Position numbers and translations under genes: made by a program
Assembly: GCF_006345805.1 (NCBI RefSeq)
Contig: NC_043014.1
Span: forward strand, 42,966,001 to 43,030,000
DNA: 64,000 nt
Direction: 5' to 3'
From: Octopus sinensis
Lineage: Eukaryota
Shown here: in pieces, positions 1 to 13,357 of the stretch
Layout: every line of letters begins with the position of its first letter
Position numbering within the stretch: position 1 is the stretch's first letter
Notes under the pieces: model-generated
The model's input: the letters and a program-made list of their open reading frames with translations, nothing else
Told to the model about the DNA's origin: nothing
Databases searched by the model: none

Positions 1-280
1 GACCAAAGCCTTGTGAGTGGCTTTGGTAGACGGAAACTGAAAGAAGCTTGTCGTATATATGTATGTATGTTTGTGTGTCTGTGTTTGTCCCCCTAACATT
101 GCTTGACAACTGATGATGGAGTGTTTACGTCCCTGTAACTTAGCAGTTTGGCAAAAGAGACCGATAGAATAAGTACTAGGCTTCCAAAGAATAGGTCCTG
201 GGGTTGATTTGCTCAACTAAAAAGGTGGTGCTCCAGCATGGCCTCAGTCAAATGACTGAAACAAGTAAAAGAGTAAAGAG
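1..280 (+). mobile_element. tRNA-derived SINE family A (5' part cut by window edge)
   Basis: Matches the full-length family A copies in this window (e.g. 19490-19965) from GACCAAAGCCTTGTGAGTGG to the GTAAAAGA tail. Confidence 0.9.
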
Positions 281-431
281 TGCATTTTATGTGGCATCAG
301 CACCGGTGCTTCTTATGTGACACCAGTACATGTTATTTTAATGTGGGACCAGCAACAGTCTTTTTATGTGGCACTAGAACCAGTACTTCATGCATGGCAA
401 TAGCACCAGTGCTACATTATTTACATTATTT

Positions 432-908
432 ACAGAAACTGAAAGAAGACCATCGTATATATAAATATACATGTGTGTATGTGTATGTCTGTCTATGTCC
501 CCCATCACTGCTTGACAACCGGTGTTGGCGGGTTTCGGTCCCTATAATATATTTCTTTATTGCCCACAAGGGGCTAAACATAGAGGGGACAAACAAAGAC
601 AGACAAAGGGATTAAGTCAACTACATCGACCCCAGTGCGCAACTGGTACTTTATTTATCGACCCCGAAAGGATGAAAGGTAAAGTCGACCTCGGTGGTGT
701 TTGAACCCAGAACGTAACAACAGACGAAATACTGCTGAGCATTTCGCCCGGCGTGCTAACGATTCTGCCAGCTCGCCATCCCTATAATAGAATAAGTACT
801 AGGTCTTAAGAATAAGCCCTGGGGTTGATTTGTTTGGCTAAAGCCCCTCAAGGGAGTGCTCTAGCATGGCAACAGTCAAATGACTGAAACAAATAAAAGA
901 ATAAAAGA
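432..908 (+). mobile_element. SINE family A fragment split by a family B insertion
   Basis: Family A sequence stops at TCCCTATAATA (539-549) and resumes after the same 11-mer (779-789). Confidence 0.85.
550..778 (-). mobile_element. tRNA-derived SINE family B with 11-bp TSD
   Basis: Reverse complement shows a tRNA-like head with A/B-box-like motifs, the body motif GTCGACTTTACCTTTCATCCTTTCGGGGTCGATAA and an AAAGAAAT tail; TSD TCCCTATAATA. Confidence 0.9.
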
Positions 909-1508
909 ACATACCAGTTAAACACTCGTCATATAAATACATCTGACGATACTTAATCCCACCGACTATTCTGTCTTGAAAATTACTCATCTGGACTCTT
1001 TAATAGAAGACAAAGATATAAAATATATATTTATTTTTTCCTCAATAGTAGCCATTTTAAGAAATAAAGTCTATTAAAATATCGGTTTCATGATTTATGG
1101 CATTTAGTAAAAATAGTGGTTTTTGTTTGGAAGTAAGTAACAAAAAAAAAAGAGCAAAAAAAAACAAAAAATAAAATAAGTTTGACAGCCACAAACAAAA
1201 TTTTTGCTCACACGCCTACACACACACAGATATATATTTTTGGCAAATTCGCAAGCATAAAGATGCATAAATTCATTTATATTCCCACTCTAAGCAGATA
1301 TATATATAAATATATATATATACATATATACACCATATACATACATATATATATATATATAGATATATATATATATATATATATATATGAACACAATAAT
1401 TTAATTCAGTCAAAAAAGAAATTAAAGCTACAAAATTTCCATTTATATACTTTGAAGACTATGTAATTATATATATATTAAACACATCTTTTATCTATCT
1501 ATCTATCT

Positions 1509-1565
<57 letters not shown>

Positions 1566-1582
1566 ATATATATATTATATAT

Positions 1583-1617
<35 letters not shown>

Positions 1618-1901
1618 GCAATCATAATATATATATACATATATGTACATAAAAATGTGTGTGTGTACATATATGTGTGTTTATATGTGTGTGTGTATTT
1701 ACTATATATGCATGTATACAGAGAATTTATACACTTACAAAGAAGCTATATTTACTTTTAATAAAAAAAAGTATACTCGATATCATATTAATACTTATTA
1801 ACAAATACACACACGCACACACACGCACATACTCATAGACACACACATACACACACATACACACACTCACACATGTACATGCACAAACTCTCCTAGACAT
1901 A

Positions 1902-1935
<34 letters not shown>

Positions 1936-2372
1936 ACACAACAGAAAGAAATATGAAAGATATATTTCAAAGAATTTTTCCAAATCCATCTTTCTTTATT
2001 TTTCAATGAAACATTGGATCGCTGGAATTATAATATATTTGATATTTCGGTGAATATCGCTAATTTTCAGAAGAACTGAATTCAGCTTTGTGTATTATAA
2101 TGTGTGTATTATATTGTTTGAATAAGTATAAAAGCCTGGCTTTAATAATGTCTGGGATTCTTCTATTGGTGATTTGGTTTTTGCTGTCTGGTTGGGGGGG
2201 GTCATTCACTTTTTTCCGTTTCATTCTATTTAACAGAATTTAATTGGTTTATTTGATAAAAAGGAATTGATTGTAATCTGCAAATATATTATGTATATAT
2301 GTGTGTATATATGTGTGCATGTGTGTGTGTGTGGAGAGTATGTGGAGAGTGTGTGCATGTTTGTATGTTGTT

Positions 2373-2406
<34 letters not shown>

Positions 2407-2551
2407 CCACCATTATCTTCATCATCATCATCATCAACATCACCACCACCATTAGCTTTGATCATCCTCCTCCTCATCATCATCATCATCACCATACCAT
2501 TATCTTTGTTGTCATCATCATCATCATCACACCCTGCCATTATCTTTGTTG

Positions 2552-2587
<36 letters not shown>

Positions 2588-2630
2588 CCCCCACCATTAT
2601 CTTCATCATCATCATCATCACCAACACCAC
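2373..2630. repeat. Compound (CAT)n repeat with unique spacers; probable donor of the 5456-5905 insertion
   Basis: CAT tracts separated by ATTAGCTTTGATC, CCATTATCTTTGTTGTC and CCAACACCAC. Confidence 0.9.
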
Positions 2631-3055
2631 CACAGCCAACCCCCCCCACCATCTTTTCCAACATCTTTTCCATGCTCGTATGGGTCAGACGGAATTTGTT
2701 GAGGCAGTATTTTTTATCGCTGGATACCTTTCCTGTTACAAAGCAACATAATGTTTTTCCATGGCCAAATATATATTTCTCATGGAAGTTTAGAAGTTCC
2801 CCCTATATATAGTCTGGGCTGACATGTCTGGACTAGTACAAGTTGTAATGAGGAATTTCCTACATAATGGATGCATTTCCTATTATAAATATATTCTTTT
2901 ACTTGGTTCAGTTATTTTGACTGTGGCCATGTTGATTAAATAAGTACCAGTTATGCACTGGGGTCGATGTAATCAACATACCCCTTCCCAGAAAATTTCA
3001 GGCCTTGTGCCTATAATAGAAAAGATTGTATATATATGTATATATATATCATCAT

Positions 3056-3087
<32 letters not shown>

Positions 3088-4445
3088 TCATCATCATGTA
3101 ATATCACTTTTTCCATTCTGGTATGAGCTGAACTGTTTGAGAAGAACAGACAAGCTAGAGGGGCCTGCCAGTTTCTATATCTGCTTTGGCATGGTTTCTA
3201 CAGCTGGATGCCCTTCCTTAATGCCAACCACTTCACAGAGTGTGCTAGGTGCTTTTTACGCAGCACCAACATCAGTGAGGTTGCCATGTAGCCACAAGAT
3301 GAGACCCTTCAACCGAGTGGGACATAAACTGGAGGAATAAGAAACTATGACAGAAGGATGTATGTATGTATATATATAGAAGAATAAGAATAGAAAATCT
3401 TTGCTGCAGTATTATATATTTGAAAAAATGAATACAAAGGGCTTTCCTGATAATTTTTCCACGTAAACATCTAATAATTAAAGTGGAAAAATTATCAGAA
3501 AAGTCATTTCTATTCATTTTTTCAAACACACACACACACATATATATACTGTGAAGATACTTGCCCAAGGTGCTGTGTAGAGGGACTGAACCCAAGACTC
3601 AGTAGTTACAAAGCAAACTTCTTAACTACACCACCTATGCCTACATATATGACTTATTCGTTTTATATATATTGCATTGTTACTGAAATGGAAACATTTT
3701 GCATCATTTTACATCCATTATTTTGTGTCTACAAATTTGCGTTACTTTATAACCAGTCTCTCTCTATCTGTCTCTTCATCTCTCTGTCTCTCTGCCTCTC
3801 TGTCTCTTCGTGTCTCTGTCTCTCTCTGTGTCTATCACTCTCTTCTTCACTTTTTTTACCATCTATGTGTCTACACATATAACATGCATTTAAACATCAT
3901 GTTCATATGTGTGTGTGTGTGTGTGTGCTTTGGTGTAAAAATATATTTGTTGAACATATTTAAATATCACAATACACACACGCATACACACACACACACA
4001 CACACAAACACATATACACACAAACACACACATATACACACAAACACACACATATGCACACATGCGCATAAAGTCAATAAGTTTATCTCACATAAGTTCT
4101 AACCAAACTATTTTCTTATGCAAATTAAATATTAACAGAATCGAGAGCATACACAAGCATTGTGTGTGTGTGTATTACCGGTACCAAAGAAGATACTGTG
4201 TCAATATATTTGGAACCAACATCCATATATTATATATATATATAATATATATATATTAATATATATATATATATTCATGCATGTGTGTATCTACACATAT
4301 GCACATATATATTCATTATATATATATGTATATATATATATATATATATTCCTTATATAATATATGTATGTGTCTGTATGTATATATAAATATACATATT
4401 ATATATATATATAGTTGTAATATATATATATATATATAGATATAT

Positions 4446-4501
<56 letters not shown>

Positions 4502-4616
4502 CATGTATATATATATATATATATATTATATATTATGTATATATATATATATATATATTATATATTATGTATATATATATATTATATGTATATAAATATA
4601 TATATATATTATATAT

Positions 4617-4658
<42 letters not shown>

Positions 4659-4779
4659 TTATATATTATGTATTATATATATATATATCTATATATATAT
4701 TTATATCATGTATATATCTATATATATATATTATATTATATATTATTTATATATATATAATATATATATATATATTATG

Positions 4780-4825
<46 letters not shown>

Positions 4826-4886
4826 TATGTATATATATATATATATATTATATATTATGTATATATATATATTATATATATATATA

Positions 4887-5174
4887 TACAGGGTGTCTCA
4901 AAAAAATGTATACACACTTTAAATAATTGTAAAGTAGTGTTTATTAAAAGACATTTCATTTTCAAAATTTAATAGACTCTACAGACATTATTTTATCACT
5001 TTGTCAACGCCTGTTTTCAAACTGACGTCCGTTTTGGTCCAGGCACTGCTGACAATGCAAAGGAATGGAATTGCAAATATCGCAAAGTGATTTGTTGGGG
5101 ATTTGTCTGCATTCTCATTTAATGGCCGCTCTCAAATCAGCGACTGTTGCAGGTTTCATAGCGTAGACTTTATC
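4887..5174 (-). mobile_element. Tc1/mariner-superfamily 3' remnant (maT/DD37D-like C-terminus) with terminal TA-CAGGGTG end
   Basis: Minus strand reads DKVYAMKPATVADLRAAIK*ECRQIPNKSLCDICNSIPLHCQQCLDQNGRQFENRR*; element ends in TACAGGGTGTC next to (TA)n. Confidence 0.75.
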
Positions 5175-5552
5175 AGCAGATTGTTCCATAGAAACCTCCA
5201 GTTGTCTTCCACATCATGTGATGCTATATCCCCTTCTATTTCGTCAAAGGCCCCGAGTAATATATCCCTAAGTCTCTGTCCATTCGCAGGATCTTTAAGC
5301 TTCCACACCCTTCTCCTCCAAGCTGGTCGTCTTCTGAGCATCCATTTAGCCCTGATCCTGAGTGTCGCTAACTACTAGTCTATGTTGTTCTTCACCTGGG
5401 AAAGGTTTTGGCCTTTATATATAAGCAGCCATCTTTCCCTTTTTCTGGCGAGGATGTGGTGTTGGTGACGATGATGATGATGAAGATAATGGTGATGATG
5501 ATGATGATGATGATGATTATGATGATGACAACAAAGATAATGGCAGGATGTA

Positions 5553-5591
<39 letters not shown>

Positions 5592-5710
5592 CTGACAACA
5601 AAGATAATGGTAGGGTGATCATGATGATGATGATGATGATGATGATGATCAAAGCTAATGGTGGTGGTGATGTTGATGATGATGACGACGACGATAATGG
5701 TAGGGTGATC

Positions 5711-5742
<32 letters not shown>

Positions 5743-5999
5743 CATGATGATGATCAAAGCTAATGGTGGTGGTGATGTTGATGATGATGACGACGACGAT
5801 AATGGTGGTGATGATGATGATGATGATGATGATGATGACGACAACAACAAAGATAATGGTAGGTTGATCATGATAATGATGATGATGATGATGATGATCA
5901 AAGCTGTAGTCAATTTGGCTAGTGTGTCTGCCAGAACAGTAGGTGACTAGGTGACTGGCGGGTTTCTTGGAGTTAGTATTGCAAACCATAAACCTCTCT
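5175..5999 (-). mobile_element. RTE-clade LINE fragment (end of AP endonuclease plus linker) interrupted by a 450-bp insertion
   Basis: HLVTYCSGRHTSQIDY|ILARKRERWLL then RRRPAWRRRVWKLKD..VEDNWRFL; QIDYIL is the C-terminal motif of RTE-type APE domains. Confidence 0.85.
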
Positions 6000-6345
6000 T
6001 ATATTGTTCTAGTTTTATACCAAAAGATGGCATCAGATCTGTCTGTAGTAAGTCCTTTACCTATTTCTTTACTAAAAGTCCTTTACCATCACCTTTCATT
6101 ATTGCTAACCATCATTCTCACTTCATATCTCCCCCCCTTTTTTTTTCTCTCTCTCTCTCTTACCTCTACCGATGTGGTTCAGCGAAAGAGATGAATTAGC
6201 ACCAGACATAAGAATAAATACTGAAGTGGATTTATATCACTAAACCCTTTAAGTAGGTAGATAGGTAACTCAGAATGGCTGCCGTCCAATGACTGATACA
6301 CGTGAAAGATATAAAATATACTTTAATAACAAATAAATTGCTGAT

Positions 6346-6772
6346 AGGCGCAGGAGTGGCTGTGTAGTAAAGATCTTGTTTACGCAACCACATGGTTCCG
6401 GGTTCAGTTTCCACTGCCCTGGCCAAACCTTGTCAAGTGTCTTCTACTATAGCCTCGGGCCGACCAAAGCCTTGTGAGTGGATTTGGTAGACAGAAACTG
6501 AAAGAAGCCCGTTGTATAATATATATATATATGTGTGTGTGTGTGCGTGTATGTTTGTGTGTTCTGTTTTGTCCCCCTTTCATTGCTTGACAACCAATGC
6601 TGGTGTGTTTTACGTCCCCCATCACTTAGCGGTTCGGCAAAAGAGACCGATGGAATAAGTACTTGGGCTTACAAAAATCGTCCCGGGGTCGAGTTGCTCG
6701 ATTAAAAAAAAAAGGCGGTGCTCCAGCATGGCCGCAGTCAAATGACTGAAACAAGTAAAAGAGTAAAAGAGT
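6346..6772 (+). mobile_element. SINE family A, full length
   Basis: GGCGCAGGAGTGGCTGTG head, B-box-like GGTTCAGTTTC, internal (TA)(TG) tract, GTAAAAGA tail. Confidence 0.92.
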
Positions 6773-7065
6773 ATAGTAATATGAAATAATACTAATAGAC
6801 AAAAGACCACACACGGGGAATGTATTTAAAGTGTTTTCATTAATACAAGTCAATTAATCATTGTACAGCTGAGAATAGCTGAGAGAAACAAAGATCAGAA
6901 GCAGTGATATCGTGAAGCAAATTGCAGACAATCATTGTCGCTGTTACACAAGGCTGCACGTCAGGTAATAAACGACCTTGAATCATTGACAAAATAGAAC
7001 AATCTTTAATCTTTTATCCTTTACTTGCTTCAGTCATTAGACCGTGACCATGCTGGAGCGTCATC

Positions 7066-7296
7066 TTAACCCTTTAGCATTCACAATATTCTGTCGTAAC
7101 TAATGCTTATTTAGTCGCTTTGTTTTTTAATTAATCATGCACTGTCTTGTAGCTTTGAGATTTTGACGAGGTAACCATTAATTATTTTATAATGATATTG
7201 CAGGGTTGGTATGTGAGGCTAGATTTGGCTACTTTGAACATAAAACAGGCAGAATATTTCGGTCAGATATGGTCAGTTTAAATGCCGAAGGGTTAA
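7066..7296. mobile_element. piggyBac-type MITE
   Basis: TTAA-CCCTT ... AAGGG-TTAA termini. Confidence 0.7.
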
Positions 7297-7332
7297 AGTG
7301 TTTAATCAAATAGAACAACCCAAGTAATTATG

Positions 7333-8554
7333 TATTGGGTTGGCAACTAAGTTCCCACCGTTTTTTTAAAGTTTGGAATCTATTTTTTCGAGAATTCTAT
7401 TTTTGAATCATTTTGGAATCTATTTAGTTTTTTTCTTCTAGTTAATTTTAATTAATTTTTGTTTATTTTCAGATCATTAAAATGTAATGTCAAGTTAAGA
7501 AAAACAAGCATTTTTGACAGCTCTTCCTTTTGGCTTTTAATCAAGGTTCCAAGGCTGCAAAAGCTGCTCACGACATTTGTGCTGTGCCATAGCTGAAAGA
7601 GCCACTTGTGATTGGTATTTTCAAAAATGAAACTTTTGACCTCAAAGGTGCACCTTGTTCTGGCTGTCCAGTTGAGTTCAATGAAGAGCAGTTAAACCAA
7701 CTTTTGCACGAAAATTCTCACCAAACGACAATGGAACTGGCAGAGAAAATGGAATGCTCCCACACTGCTATAGAGAAGCATCTTCATTCGGTGGGAAAGG
7801 TTCAGAAGTATGGAGCATTGGTTCCACATGCTTTAAGTGACAACAACAAAGTCAACGAGCCACAATCTCCACTGGTTTGCTTGCTTGTCACCACTCAACT
7901 CATGGACACACGTAGCCATTTCTTTACTGAATCGTTAATGGCGATGAAAAATGGTGCCTGTACATCAATATGAAGCAGCGTAAGGAATGGCTTAGACCCG
8001 GTAAACAAGCGACACCACGCGTGAAACAAGATCTTCATCTGCATGAAACGATGTTGTGCGTATGGTGGAACTGGGAAGGGATTATCCATTACGAATTGCT
8101 TGAACGGAACCAAACAGTCAATGCGGAAATCTATGTTCAACAGATGGAATGACTCAGCAAAGCTATTCAAGAGAAAAGACCTAATCGGCAGTATGGAGTT
8201 CTTCTGCTGCACGATAACGCTGGCCCTCATATCACCAATATGACCAAGGGAGCCATTCAAACACATGGCTGGGAAGTGCTGCCACACCTGCCATACTCTC
8301 CTGATTTGGCACCAATGGATTTACACCTCTTTCAAAAGCTATGTGAGGAATTTCGTTCAATACTGATGCAGAATTAAGAGCTTGGTTGGGTCAAACTTTT
8401 GAGTCAAAATCAGGTGATTTCTAACAACGAGGTATTGAAAATCTTGTTGAACGTTATGAAGAAGTTGTAAACAACAAGGGTGAATACATTATTGATTAAT
8501 TAGTTGTTATTTTTTATTAAACCTTTAAAAAAAATTAAATTTAAAAAACGGTGG
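7333..8554 (+). pseudogene. Mariner transposon with decayed transposase; right TIR truncated
   Basis: TA + TIR TTGGGTTGGCAACTAAGTTCCCACCGTTTTT; ORF remnants with LVPHAL (WVPHEL-like), CVWWNWEGIIHYELL, PYSPDLAP and EYIID*; right end keeps only AAAAAACGGTGG. Confidence 0.93.
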
Positions 8555-8928
8555 TGGCATGTAAAAAGCACCATATGAATGTGGTCTATGCCAGTGCTAC
8601 CTGACTGGCTCCCATACCGGTTGCATGTAAAAAGCACCATTCAAGCATGGCCATTGCCAGTGCTGCCTGACTGGCTGGCTCCCATGCTGGTGGCATGTAA
8701 AAATCACCATTCAAGCATAGTTGATGCCAGTATTGCCTGACTGGCTCTTTTGCACATAAAGAGCACCTACTATGCTCTCGGAGTTGTTGGTTTTAGGATG
8801 GGCATCCAGCTGTAGAAACCTTGCCAGATCAGATTGGAGCCTGGTGCAGCCTCCTGGCTTGCCAGTCCTCAGTTGAACCGTCCAACCCATGCCAGCATGG
8901 AAAGCAGACGTTAAACGATGATGATGAT
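8549..8928 (+). mobile_element. RTE LINE 3' UTR / tail (5'-truncated)
   Basis: Repeated GGTGGCATGTAAAAAGCACC units, GGGCATCCAGCTGTAGAAAC and a (GAT)n tail; the same units follow the RTE ORF end at 16598-17113. Confidence 0.75.
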
Positions 8929-9785
8929 TACTCTGTCAAATGTACTCCTTATCCATTCACATTATTTTGAATTGTTTGTTCCTTCTCGAGCCATGTCTGG
9001 CTTATTAGGGCCGGTTTCCAGGTTTCCTTGGCATATAGGTTCTTCTTGTGGGCAATAAAGAAAAAAAAAGAAAAAAAAAAAAAAAAGGCTATGAGATAAT
9101 GCATAATTAATTCAAAATGGGAATAAATAAGCATTGCATTTGACAGAGTAACCTAAATACTAAAGGGCTAGATAAAATATCTAACAGTTGTGGCTGTGTG
9201 GTAAGGAATTTGTTTCCTAAGTACATGGTTGCTGGTTCAGGCCCACAGCGTGGCATCCTTGGAAAACTTTCTTCTACTTCAGCCTCAGGTCAACTAAAGC
9301 TTTGCAAATGGATTTGGTAACTGGAAACTGAAAGAAGTTTGTCATATAAGTGTGTGTGTGTGTGTGTGTGTGTGTGTTGTGTGTGTGTCTTTGTGTGTGT
9401 TTTATTGTTTCCTTGCAATGGTATCATGTGATAGTTGTAAATGAGTGTCACTGTTATGCAAGCAATGTCCTTTGTTTCCCATCTTCCATGAAAACATGTC
9501 TGGCCATGGGGAAATATTACATTGCTTGAAAACAAATGAGGGTTTGTGACAGGAAGAGCAGCCAGGCTGTAGAAAGATGGAATCAGTAGTGGATTCTATA
9601 GTATTTCATTTTTGTAGTTAGCTTGTAAGATTCCTGATGTGAACTTGCGAGTTGAAATAGAATTTTTTTTTGTATCTTGGGAGGCTCAAAATGCCAATAG
9701 TAAGTCCATACACTGGTTCTATTTCAAATCCATTATTATCATTATTATATCATTATTATTATTATTGTTATTATTATTATTATTA

Positions 9786-9830
<45 letters not shown>

Positions 9831-10460
9831 CATCATTAATAATAATAATAATAATAATGGGGATATTACCCCCTCTACCACCACCAATACAACCAAGTCA
9901 TTCTTTCAAGTATTGTCAAACTCCTAGTACCCTCTCATTATCAATTATAATTATACAACCAAATTTTCAACAATAAACAAAAGAATATGTGTATATATAT
10001 ATATATATATAGATGTACATATATATAAATAGAATGAATTAAATATATATATTCTTTTATTTATTCTTTAATATTTGGTTGAGTAATTACAATGAATAAT
10101 GAACTACTATGCATATATATATATATACATATATATATATATTATTATATATATATATATATAATATATATGTATATATATATATATACATATATTATTA
10201 TACATATATGCATATATTAAGATATGTATGTATGCCTACATGTATATGTAATTATTTACATATGTAATACACATATATATATGCATATACATGCATGTAT
10301 GTGTGTCATATATATACAATATATATATATATGTATGTATGTATATATATACATACGTATATATATATATATATTCTTTTGTTCATTGTTTAAAATTTGG
10401 CTGTATATAATTACAATTGGATAATGAGCTCCTACATACATACATACATACATACATACA

Positions 10461-10496
<36 letters not shown>

Positions 10497-11994
10497 TATA
10501 CACATACACTCTCGCATATTCATAAATGTTCACATTTGTACACATGCATACTCAAAAAAGCACACCTAAAATATAATACACAAACCTATATAAAAAAAAA
10601 ATACTGCATAAACGCTTTACAGAGTGAAATAAATTAGTTTTAACCATGACGGCAAACTAATTATTCCCCTTTGTGAACATTTTGTATTTCCTGTTCGCGA
10701 GACAAAAACCAATTCCGCCCAAACTCATTTGACACACCCATCTTTTTCTCAGTCAAACAACATAAAGAGCAGCCGACACTGTGCTGTTAAAGATCATGCT
10801 AACTCCCCCATTGTATAGCATATTTAATTAATTCTAGGTAATTAAAATTTCAAGGCAGTGAGAGATGACAAAGTTGTTAGGATCATCATCATCATCGTTA
10901 CATAACGTCTGTTTTCCATCGATGATGGCATGGGTGGGATGGTTTGAGAGAAACCGGTAAGACCAGGGGCCACATCAGGATCTGTTGTCTGTTTTGGCTC
11001 GGTTTCTGCAACTGGGTGCCCTTCTTAAAGCCAACCCCTTTACGGAGTGTATTGGGCACTTTATTTGTGGCACCATCACCACTGCTTTTTATGTGACACT
11101 TTTACATAGCACCAGCACTTTTTCATGCGACACCAACATCAGTGCATTTTATGTGGCACCATTACCGGTGATTTTTGTGGTACCATCATCAGAGAGAGCA
11201 GTGCATGCCATAAAAGCGACACTGGGGTAAAATATACGAAGCCCAGTATACCCATCATGACTACTCATCTGATAAGGGTACACTAGGCACATGAGGGTGA
11301 TGTAATCGACTATCCCACCACCCCAACTCCCCTCAAATTTCAGGGTCTGTGCCCATATTAGGAAAGATTATTAAGCTGGTGTTTGGAAGATAAATTAAAG
11401 GAAATTTCGATGGCAGGTTTTAAATAAGATCATTTCGAAAGAGGAATTTTGAACCACAAAACCAGGGGCAGTTTTGGACAGGCTGGCATCAGAAGAGCAA
11501 AACAAGCCCAAGTGAGACGAAAGCCAAGGTTAGTTGCGGAAGGATTTGAAGTCAGAATGCAAAACAAAATAATGCTGTTAAGTACTGCTGAACCTTTCAT
11601 AGGAAAACTCACCAATTCTGCTCATCCAATTCTCTGTGTAAATAACTAAGACGAAAAAGACTTTTTAATTATGAAAGCTGAGTAAAAAAAAAAAGAACAA
11701 AACAAAACAAAAAAATAAATAAGAACAATGATATAAAAAAAAAACAGAGAGAAAGAAAGTAAGCAAATGATAAAAATCCACTTGAAAAAGTATTGAAGTT
11801 AACGTTTGTTTAGTTTTTATAATATCTTGTTGTTTGACAAATTATAATATCACTCGAGTTGCTCTGAAACACTTGTACTGGATATCTACTTCATTTCAAT
11901 ATCTAGTGGACGTAAGTGTATGTCCAATGCACACACACACGCATGCACACACACTATATATATAAATATAATGTGTGTATGTATATATATATAC

Positions 11995-12046
<52 letters not shown>

Positions 12047-12360
12047 CAAACACACACTATATGTGTGTATATATATACATCATATATAATATAATATTTA
12101 CATATATATATATATAATTATTATATATCATATATTTATATATATATATATACAAACACACACTATATAATATGTATGTATGTATACATTATATATATAT
12201 ATATTATATATTTATCTATTATATATATTATATATAATATATTATATATATATATATATCATATATTTATATATATATATATACAAACACACACTATATA
12301 ATATGTATGTATGTATACATTATATATATATATATATATTATATATATAATATATATAAT

Positions 12361-12391
<31 letters not shown>

Positions 12392-13315
12392 CACAAATAT
12401 ATATATATACAAATATATATATATATACAAATATATATATATAATGTAAAATATATATATAGTCATACATATAAATATTAATTACATAAATATAAGGTAT
12501 ACATAATGTAATAGAATATATGTCTATATAAATGTATAATATATGTATATAGAAATATATGATATATATGTATGTGTATATATATATATATATCATATGT
12601 GCACATGCATTATTGCATTTGTACACTCACAGATACACATGCAACTGCACACTTAGCTATCATATGCACACACACAAACAAAAACACACACACACACACA
12701 CTCATACACACATACACACATATATATACACACACACATGCAGGCCTGCAAATATGCAAACTTATTTATCTCTAAAACTATCTGTCTATTTTCTCCTCTT
12801 CCGCTATGTGTGACAGTGTGCATGTGTGTGTGTGTGTATAGGCATCCACACATACATACATACATACATATACATATACACATATACCCACAGAGTTGAA
12901 TGTACATGAGAGTATATTTGCACAGACGACAAACACCCGTTCATACGTAAATGTAAGCAGGTGCCTGTACATACACACACAATGATGTGATGGGCACATA
13001 TGCACATACATACGAATTTACATAGCATGGAAAACTAGATGTAAATGAAATGATCAATATATATATATACACACCTGCACACATATATACACATACAGAC
13101 ATAGATCCATATATATGTGTAATATATATATACATATATATTACATGTAATTATATATAAACATATGGGTGCAGTGTGCTTCCCAACCACATGGTTCTGG
13201 GTTCAGTCCCACTGTGTGGCGCCTTGGGCAAGTGTCTTTTACTATAGCCTCGGGCCGACCAAAGCCTTGTGAGTGGATTTGGCAGAAGGAAACTGAAAGA
13301 AGCCTGTCGTATATA

Positions 13316-13353
<38 letters not shown>

Positions 13354-13357
<4 letters not shown>

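Noticed and set aside
6346-6420. SINE heads as tRNA genes
   Set aside because: They have A/B-box-like motifs but no full cloverleaf, and they continue into SINE bodies
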